DNA of 64,000 nt from Eukaryota sp. TZLM1-RC (Eukaryota; Protista; Metamonada: BaSk clade). Position numbers and translations under genes: made by a program. Below the pieces are notes generated by a model. That model was not told the DNA's origin, searched no databases, and saw only the letters and a program-made list of their open reading frames with translations. Position 1 is the first letter of the stretch. Every line of letters starts with the position of its first letter. Shown piece by piece: positions 55,899 through 64,000 of the stretch. Location of the stretch: the NCBI GenBank assembly GCA_040285825.1, contig JAUPSS010000005.1, positions 496,001 to 560,000 on the forward strand, in the 5' to 3' direction.

Positions 55899-56725
55899 TG
55901 TTGTTGTTGAACTCATATTGAATTAGTAGGTTTCTTTGTATTTCGACTGATGACGTGATACTCATTTATGAATCAGTTTTATTAATAAACTTAGATTTCT
56001 CTCTCTCCTTCGTGTGTTCATCTGCCTAACGGCATCAATAATTATTGGCCCTTCTTATTTCAGATGACTGATCCCTCTGTTAACCTGACGTCTCTTTCTT
56101 CCATGAAAGTTGTAAGTGTTCTTCTGTTCCTATAGGAGTGAAAGATTTATTCTTCGGTGACTCCTAAGAAAGAGCTTGTTCCAGCAAGACTCTTGGTCGA
56201 TTCTTTTCTGTTAGAGTCCTATCTCTCCAGAAATCCGACGTCTCATCCAGTGACGATGTTCTTCTCAGACATCTACAATCTGTCGTATCGTTCGCCATGT
56301 ACGAAGATTTTAGTCTGGCTATGTCAGAACTGAAGCTTGATGTCCGTATTGGTGACGTCCGAGAACGCATGTCCTGTTACCTGCGACGTTTCCTCCAGGT
56401 AAAGAGTAGGGCTTCCGGACTGAAGTTGCCAGACATAGCTTTTCTGAACCGATTTGCCAGAGGAATTCTTCCCGTAGGTCTCCAACGTTCTCATACCAAC
56501 GATGCACCGGAGAATTTAACAAACCCCATATCTTCCCTCTATTGAGCCAGTACTGTATTTGTCCTCAGAAAAGTGGAAAAAAGTAGTGTTGTTGTTGAAC
56601 TCATATTGAATTAGTAGGTTTCTTTGTATTTCGACTGATGACGTGATACTCATTTATGAATCAGTTTTATTAATAAACTTAGATTTCTCTCTCTCCTTCG
56701 TGTGTTCATCTGCCTAACGGCATCA
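55899..56725 (+). mobile_element. TRIM-like miniature LTR retrotransposon (827 bp)
   Basis: Identical 139-bp TG...CA LTRs (55899-56037, 56587-56725), CCAC TSD, purine tract before the 3' LTR, gag-like remnant inside. Confidence 0.93.
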
Positions 56726-56795
56726 CCACGAAGAAAACAAATTTATCCAAAATCAAAAAATATTTACACCAAAAAGCCCTCAAAAACAAAAAAAT

Positions 56796-57341
56796 CTACA
56801 ACTCTTCTAAATTCACATCATCTAAATCAACTAAATCATTTTCGCCAGTCAAGGCAGAAAGACTAAACCTATTCAAATCAATACAACAACTTAAACACTT
56901 TACACACCTCGCTAATCTGTTGATAGAACGAGGAATCTGAACACCACATAGCGCATAAGCAAGGGCAGAGGAGAAGTGGTTGCAATTGAAAGCAACAACG
57001 TTGTAGGCTTGACCAGCAAAATCTCCTCCAAGACTACAGACAATTTGTTCAACTTCTTCAGGATTGAGATCTGTTCGGGCCAATGGTATGCATCGTTTGA
57101 ACCTGGCTCCTGCAAAGGGAGCTACTCTCGATTCTGTACGGACAATACCAATGCCACCAACAAAATTGTAGTCGTTTCCATAGACTTCTATGGAAGTGTG
57201 AAGAATTTGCAGACCTAGAAAACGTAGGTACTTGTTGAGTGGGGAGAGGTCATAAATGTTGAGAAACACTATTGGTAGGGATGACCTCATTTGTGGTGAA
57301 GAGTTTTGCAGCTGACGACGTTGAGAACGTGACAGTTTCAT
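56796..57341 (-). CDS. DESI2: PPPDE/DeSI2 peptidase
   Basis: VFLNIYDL, LHTSIEVYG and YNVVAFNCNHFS (His-Cys dyad). Confidence 0.9.
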   Translation of the reverse strand: MKLSRSQRRQLQNSSPQMRSSLPIVFLNIYDLSPLNKYLRFLGLQILHTSIEVYGNDYNFVGGIGIVRTESRVAPFAGARFKRCIPLARTDLNPEEVEQIVCSLGGDFAGQAYNVVAFNCNHFSSALAYALCGVQIPRSINRLARCVKCLSCCIDLNRFSLSALTGENDLVDLDDVNLEEL

Positions 57342-57475
57342 TATGCCCCGTTGGTTCTGCAACCAGGGTCTAAGCTGTTTAGGATTTCAAAACCTGTTCT
57401 TGAATAAAGGAATACCTAAAGTATTGTTTTAGTTTTTCTCATTACTTACTTTAAGAATTATTTTTTACAATGTAG

Positions 57476-57542
57476 TAGACCTTTGCAATTGACACAAAAT
57501 GTTGACTTGAGTCGAGTCAATTGAGTCGACTGCACAGGTCTA
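57476..57542. mobile_element. 67-bp hAT-type micro-MITE
   Basis: TIR TAGACCT(T/G)TGCA, internal GAGTC repeats, degenerate 8-bp TSD CAATGTAG/CAATGCAC. Confidence 0.55.
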
Positions 57543-57744
57543 CAATGCACTACATTGAATGAAGTGACGTTATTTTAGTTTCGATAACAACATTGTTACT
57601 GGCTTATGCCAGATTTGTTAATCTTAAATTGTTGTATTGATACAAAAGAACACTTTCAATGTCGTTATTGTTCATTTACAACAAAAAGCAATCTATTCGT
57701 TAACCCAGAGACTCATCAAAAATACTAAAAATCACACAAAAAAC

Positions 57745-58300
57745 ACCAACCTTCTTCCTTACACTGATCTACTCATAGATTTCTAAAGCTATGCGTTTTT
57801 TGGAAGTATGTCAGGAACGTAGTGTTCCTCGTTAACCCAACGATTAACGGATTATGTTACGTTGCATAGTTTGTAGCGAAACCTGACGCAAGTTTTGGAT
57901 ACGATTTCAGTGGTCTCACACACATTCTTTCAGGCATCACATGCCAGTGGGGTCATTGAATAGGGAAATATTAATGAAACATTGAAGACAGAAAACGACT
58001 GAGATGAAACATTCGACAGCGACTTTAACCTTCATGGCTAAAAAGCCAAGATTTTGTCAAGGCCACCTGACGTTTTCATAAAAAAAGATGTTATTACTAT
58101 TATCTCAGTAATTAACGCAGAGTTTGACCCGAATCTAATGCAGTTGGTTCGGAAACAAAAACATATTTTTGTGGCTTCTACTAATCATAATGCCTCTTCT
58201 GTTGTCAGTGATGATTATCAACGGATTTTTGTCCATTTGTTTCCAAATAAACTATCAATGATCTTCAATTTCGATAAAGGCTTAAATAAGTATCACCCGG
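57745..58300 (+). mobile_element. Possible Helitron Rep (HUH) remnants
   Basis: NLLPYTDLL...YVA*FVAKPD; ETF...LHG*; IISVINAEFDPNLMQLVRKQKH...LFP. Pieces resemble Rep motifs but are out of order. Confidence 0.4.
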
Positions 58301-58939
58301 ACAATGTGGCTGAACACAGCATTAAAACCCTTGACGTGTCCTTTTTGAAAAACTCGCTCTGTCCTTTATGCGGAGACTTTATTCAAAAGAGACTATGAGT
58401 CTACACCATTAAATGACAATTTAAATCCGTTTAATAAAGAAGATCAAATATTCATAATTGTGTAACAAATTTCATTTTTGTACAGCTGAAAATAATTTAG
58501 CTGATGCTGCTCCATGTTTGCTTATCAACAAGGCAAGCATGAATTGATTGAGCGAGAAAGGGCAAGAAAAAACCCAATCCAGCCTTGAGATTGAAAATAC
58601 TAGAGGAAATTGTGAGTACATGGAAGAATTATTTCCTGACCTAAATGTTCAACAAGTTAAAAAACAGGTTGACAATAGTGACAAGATTGTACGAAGAACG
58701 TATTTGTTACTCAAAGTTCATTGCTTTCAGTGTCATAAGCATTAGTTGTGCTTTCCAAAGACTTATTGAAGCAATTATATGGGTGGACAAGAAATTTGGC
58801 AAAAGATAATAAGATTTAAAACAAGATGAATAAGCAAGTCTAAATGGTGATGACTATCTTAAGCAGCACTATTAGGAGGTAAAAGGTAATCAACCAAATA
58901 AAAGATCTCAAACTCTCAGATTAATAATCATCATCATTT

Positions 58940-60360
58940 ATATTGAACACTATTACCCTCAATCACACTCAATCTATACCCATGTCACTGATGAAGCAGT
59001 GACTCAAATATTAGACCAATGGGCGTCCTATATTCACACGTCCTATGAGGTCTGTATTGAGCAACATTTCTTTGAACATTGTTGATAATTTTCTAAAAGA
59101 GTTGGATCTCATTCAAAAAATATTGACATTTAAAATGTCAGTTTTGCAAATATTTGCTCAACACTTCAAAAATTCATCAATGTCATCAACACCTAATTTG
59201 CAATTCATGTAGGGGTTGGAGAAGATGCTGAGCAAGATCTGTAGGATGAACATCAGGAGTCAAATTTACAAGTGGAAAAATGGAACTCATTTCTTTCTGA
59301 TATTTATGCTACTCATTGTGATGTCAAATTAACAGAATTTTCATCAACCAATAAAAAGGATATTTTAATACTTTTGTTAGTTATGTCAAAAATAAAATCA
59401 TAACAAATGCTGTGGTGAAGAAATTTTGACAACACTAAATAGGTCAAAAATTTAGTCGCCTTTGGAAAAATTCAAAAGTACATCTTTGAAACTGTTAAGC
59501 GGCACTTAAAGCACCAGTTTTTGGCAAGGTACAAAGCTATGAAATCATTTTTCATCTATAATCAAAGACTTTATGAAGGCTTTTTCACTGCAAAAGAATG
59601 ATAATTTGTCATTGTTATGCTTGGTAAAATGGACTTTAAGTTCGTCAAACCAATTCCAAAACAAAGAATGGAAAGTTCAATTTGCCAAACATCTTTTATG
59701 ATTTTCGTGCACAATGGTTTTTATATCTTAATAAATAAAAATAAATAATAAATAAAAATAATAAATAATAAATCTTTCCTATCAATGGCCGATATCAGTC
59801 GTATTTCTGAAAAGAGAATTCAACATGCTACAGAAGGAAGACCTAATCCGTTACTTTTTTACCATGTTTTTCCTTTTAGAACATCACTCTCCCCAGCATA
59901 TGTGCACATTGAAATTAGGGGTACTGAAATTATTCTTAAACAAAAAGATTGATTGGTGAATTTATTGAAATTCCATATAGTCAGTTTGATGAAGCTGAAG
60001 AAAGTGAAGATGAAACCACTGATATCGATGAAAGAAATACCAAAATTTGGAAAAAGGTGCTCAACACGCAGCATAGTGCCATGACCAAAAATTATCAATG
60101 GGTACTTTTCGACGGTAGTATTCTGACAGCTGCGTTTGATGTTTCAGTTCAAAACAAGATGAACGATTTAAGAAAATGTAAAGATAAGCAAAATGAAAAA
60201 GATGAATTATATATTAATGAACTCAGTTAATGATTTTCGTCCCATTAGATATGAATTAATTTTATTAAGTGTGCATGTTCAATAAATACCTTAAGTGAAC
60301 TCAGTACAGATGAAATGAATTCATTAAAAGGTAAGGTTATTGTTGGAATAGACACAAAAG
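58940..60360 (+). pseudogene. Decayed Fanzor1, subfamily 4, truncated after RuvC-I
   Basis: GYFNTFVSYVKNKIITN; HVFPFRTSLSPAYVHIE (59863-59913); IWKKVLN...FDGSILT..FDVSV; YINELS|TDEMNSLKGKVIVGID (D 60351) after removing an insertion. Confidence 0.8.
60228..60295 (+). mobile_element. 68-bp CRE family B 3'UTR insertion
   Basis: Matches the family B 3'UTR (TCGTCCCATTAG...AAGTGTGCA...AATAAA). 10-bp TSD TGAACTCAGT at 60218-60227 and 60296-60305. Confidence 0.9.
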
Positions 60361-61893
60361 AACATGGTGCAAAGCTAGTAACGGGCTCTGGTACTCTTAA
60401 TCTAGAGGTAATACTATACCATATTGGTCAATCTTTTGCTGTTGAATAATAATGAGGCCTATTGAATAAATATCCCTGAATCAGAAAGATGAATATTAGA
60501 AGAAATCATAAATAATAAGATTTGCGTCAACACAATAAGGAAGAATAGAGAAAAATAATGAGTACTGAAAAAAAGACAGTTTGAAACACAATATAGATTA
60601 TTAGCATGGAAAAATTATTATCATTACATTATTAGAAAAATGCATTTTTGAGTTACCAGAATTCAAGTTGTTTACGATTTCAAAATTATAATTTATTAAC
60701 CCTTGAATTCCTCTACATATATTGATATGCTTGCTGCCTTGACGTAACTTCACCTATACTATTTGTGATATTAGGGACTTTACAGTTGAAAAATTTCTGA
60801 AATTAATTAGAATTTTTGATTAATTTCGACTCTATCGTCTTGTTACTGTGTTGATTCATCTCAATCTGCTGACTATACCACAGTTTTTGTTTCATGAATA
60901 GTTGATCATTGATGGTGCAGAGAACGAAGTATAGGAAATAACTGTACAGTGATTTTAACCTCACAAAGTTGTTTGAATCACCATACCTTCGATCAGTGTA
61001 CGTCTTTGGAGAGGGAAGTCATTAACATATACAAGGCCGAAAGATTGAATGTTTTGATGTTTGGACCAAGGAGACTCCACTAGTGAGGTGCTTTAACTTT
61101 AGGAAATTTCTCTTTTCAATTGATCATGTGCTTCTATCCACGTTTGTTATGGACTTATTCACCCATGTTCGAACACTAAATTGAAGCAATATCTGTTCCG
61201 CTGTCATTTCTGGATGTAGAGCTATCTGTCTACATCGCTTGATTCAGAACTACACTTATCTCATTCAACAACAGTTCATTTGGCTTCTATCCATGCCGAT
61301 TATGGAGTTATTTCCCCGTGTTGGGCACTGAAACGAAGCATTATATGTTCTTGTTTTCGTTTCTCCATGTAATGGCATCGGTCTACATCTCTTCATTCAG
61401 AAGTTTTCATATTTTATGCAACAAGTGGTTTTGGTCCGTAAGTATGACACTTATCATCCTTTCCACATTGTTAGAACATTGTTTCCAATTACCTTAGCCT
61501 TCGTTCATTGGATCATGTTACGTGATTTGACCTTATTTTGCACAGCTGCCAGTCTATTGTCGGTTACGCTTTGAACCATTGGAACTTGGAATTAGAACAT
61601 GTCACTTTATTAAACTTTGTGCATGAAATACTATTGTTGACTTTAAGTGATACCTTTTCTCAGGTAACATACTGCAAATTTGCACTGTCAAAACTGTGGT
61701 TGTGGTGACTGCATATAAACAGTACCTTGAACATCTATAGAATTAGTCACTCACATGATTTGAAGTGCAGGTTAATGATGTTCTGTGATATTTATTGATT
61801 TTATGAAACGACACCCTTGAAATATCAGCAAGTATTTGAGTTACCAATAATTTTATCTCAATATAACCTCCAATAAATTGCACAGATGGTAAA

Positions 61894-64000
61894 TCATAGC
61901 GATCCTATTATTGTGCTGTAGAAGGAATTATCTGTAGTTAGAAATGTTTTAAAGTCGGCATTTCTAGCTCCATCTTGGTCAATACTATAATCTAAGGAAA
62001 ATGGAATACTTGGTAAACGTTGCAAATTCTCGGTATCTTTCAATAAATGAACAAATGCTTCTGGACATGGTATAAATATGTCAATAAATGTTGATAATTT
62101 TGAAGAACAGTCTGCATTAAATGTACCATTGAGAAAGGTACAGGTCATCATTGAATACTTTGCAAGCGTGGAAGCTCTTTCAATTCCACTATTTGATGTA
62201 TTAGATGAATTTGAAAAATCTCTATACGATATTCTCAGACTACCTGTGTTGTTCACTGCATCATAAACATTCCATACAGTCATTCGTCTAAAGTAAGTTA
62301 ATAATTCTGGACAACACATACATTTTGCTATCTAGAGCACTGAAATGCAGACCATCAATGATCATTGAAACAATTAAATCAACCACAACACTTGGACAAA
62401 CAATAGAATCAGCTTGAAAAGTGTCAGTGGAACTTCCGTTACTGATGGTGGAAGTTATTATATCTTCTGGTGTTGACGTTAAATCATTACCACTGCTTGA
62501 TTCACTACTGAAAGAATCACTACCCATTGAAAATTCTTGTTCTCCAATATCAACAAAAATCGTATGTGCAGAATAATTCTTAATTGGACAAAGAACTTTC
62601 TTCCCATTTACATATAATACAACAGATGATTGGCTACTTGGATTATTACAGCATGCAGATACAGGGCCCTTGATCAGGGAAGTCACACGTTTGATGCTGA
62701 ATGGTTTCCATTTGGTAATTGTATCAGAATTTTGATTGACAAGAGTATCTTCCAGCTGATCAACTCGGGACACTAGGAGGGGAATCACATCCCTTTTCAT
62801 AAACTTCTTATGTTTTTGGGTTAGGGGACAATTGTCACCAAAAGGGTTAGCATCGATTTCTTCCTTTAAAACAGCCACGTATTCTTTGAGAACAGCAACA
62901 AACTGAGCTTCAGAACCAGGAAGGGCTTCGGGTGACTTTATAAAGTTCTGCACGTCCTGAAGCAGTTGAGTATATCTCGTACTAGGAGAGTGATCCCCGT
63001 CAAGTTGAAGGACCCTGACACACATCATGATGAGAGAAATGACGCCATCAGTAAGAAGTAGCGTTTGTTCTGGCTGGGCGAGGTTGGTTTTGGTGTCCAC
63101 CATATCAGAACCTTGACGAGTTTCAAAGACCAAGTTTGAGATGATTGAAACAGCATTGTCTAGTTCCTCCTGGGTAAATTCTTCCAACTCGCTGCCATCA
63201 CTCTGCTCAGAGCAGGAGGTATACATCGAAGAATTGTCAGATTGAAGCCAAGGATGACGGCTGGCTTCTTCAAGTGTAATGCGTTTTTTTGGATCCGGAT
63301 GCATAAGTTGCCGTATAAGATCCTCTAGATCAACATCAACATACAAAGGAATATCAAGAGAACGATTTCCAGCAGCATATTCTTTCACTCTAGCAAAAAC
63401 TTCGTCTCTATCAGTACAGTCACCAAATGGGAAAGACCCAAATGCAAGAATAAAAAGTGTAACACCAAGAGAATATACATCATTTACAGGATTGTTTCGA
63501 AACTCATTCGGACAGTTAGGCGACAATAGACATGGTGCGACAAACATAGGTGAACCAGCTAGCATCTTGCTGTCATCTGATGTATCAGTCGATATTGAAA
63601 GATCACTAATGACAATTCTTTTACCATCAGCATCTCTAATACAAAGAATATTGCTTGGCTTGATGTCCTAAATTGAGTATTATCTTAAAAAACATACACG
63701 GTGAACGATCTTTTTTCTGTGAAGATAGCGTAAGCCTGAAATGACTTGTTGCATAACATTTTTCAGAAGTGGAATAGACAGAGGTTTAGAGTGTCCAAGC
63801 TTATCATCAGGGACAAGTGGTCCGAAGTCAGCATACTCTATTATCAGAAAGAGCTCATCTGAAGAGCTCAGAGTGATGACGTCATGAAGCTTAAGTATAT
63901 TGGGATGGTCTAACTTTCTCAGAAATGCTACTTCACGGCTCAGTGTATCAAAACAACGATGCCTAGATGATTTCCTAACAGTCTTTATCGCAACCTCCTT
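61894..64000 (-). CDS. CAMKK-like Ser/Thr kinase with long C-terminal extension (5' end outside the window), two introns
   Basis: VAIK, LDHPNI and HR|DIKPSN joined by intron 63668-63697. Intron 62288-62321 joins the 61894 ORF in frame. Confidence 0.88.

Noticed and set aside
59728-59773. AATAAAT-type microsatellite within Fanzor subfamily 4
   Set aside because: Simple slippage repeat with no evidence of function.
1-64000. tRNA/rRNA genes, prokaryotic operons or cas genes
   Set aside because: None recognised by eye; the RuvC genes have Fanzor features and no CRISPR array nearby.

Overview
AT-rich eukaryotic DNA, not prokaryotic. Genes carry 29-34 nt GT-AG spliceosomal introns and include ciliary/Golgi proteins, so the host is probably a flagellated protist, possibly a metamonad (inference). 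Host genes: an acidic 30-aa-repeat protein, CASP, Fuzzy-like, PMP3, GT8-like, Sec10-like, hinderin-like, membrane-anchored papain, NhaC antiporter, YdjM-like hydrolase, Dis3L2, CFAP20DC, GPN2, DeSI2 and a CAMKK-like kinase. They are interleaved with many nested transposons: CRE-like non-LTR elements, hAT, pogo, Gypsy, a TRIM-like mini-LTR, MULE/Helitron remnants and MITEs. Main finding: five remnants of Fanzor (eukaryotic TnpB-derived RNA-guided nuclease) genes from about four divergent subfamilies. None is visible as a single ORF. One is nearly full length with all three RuvC acidic residues. Two copies of one subfamily share a ~330-nt structured non-coding 3' end (candidate omegaRNA), and two subfamilies share a right-end motif. 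All family assignments come from manual translation and motif recognition, not database searches.
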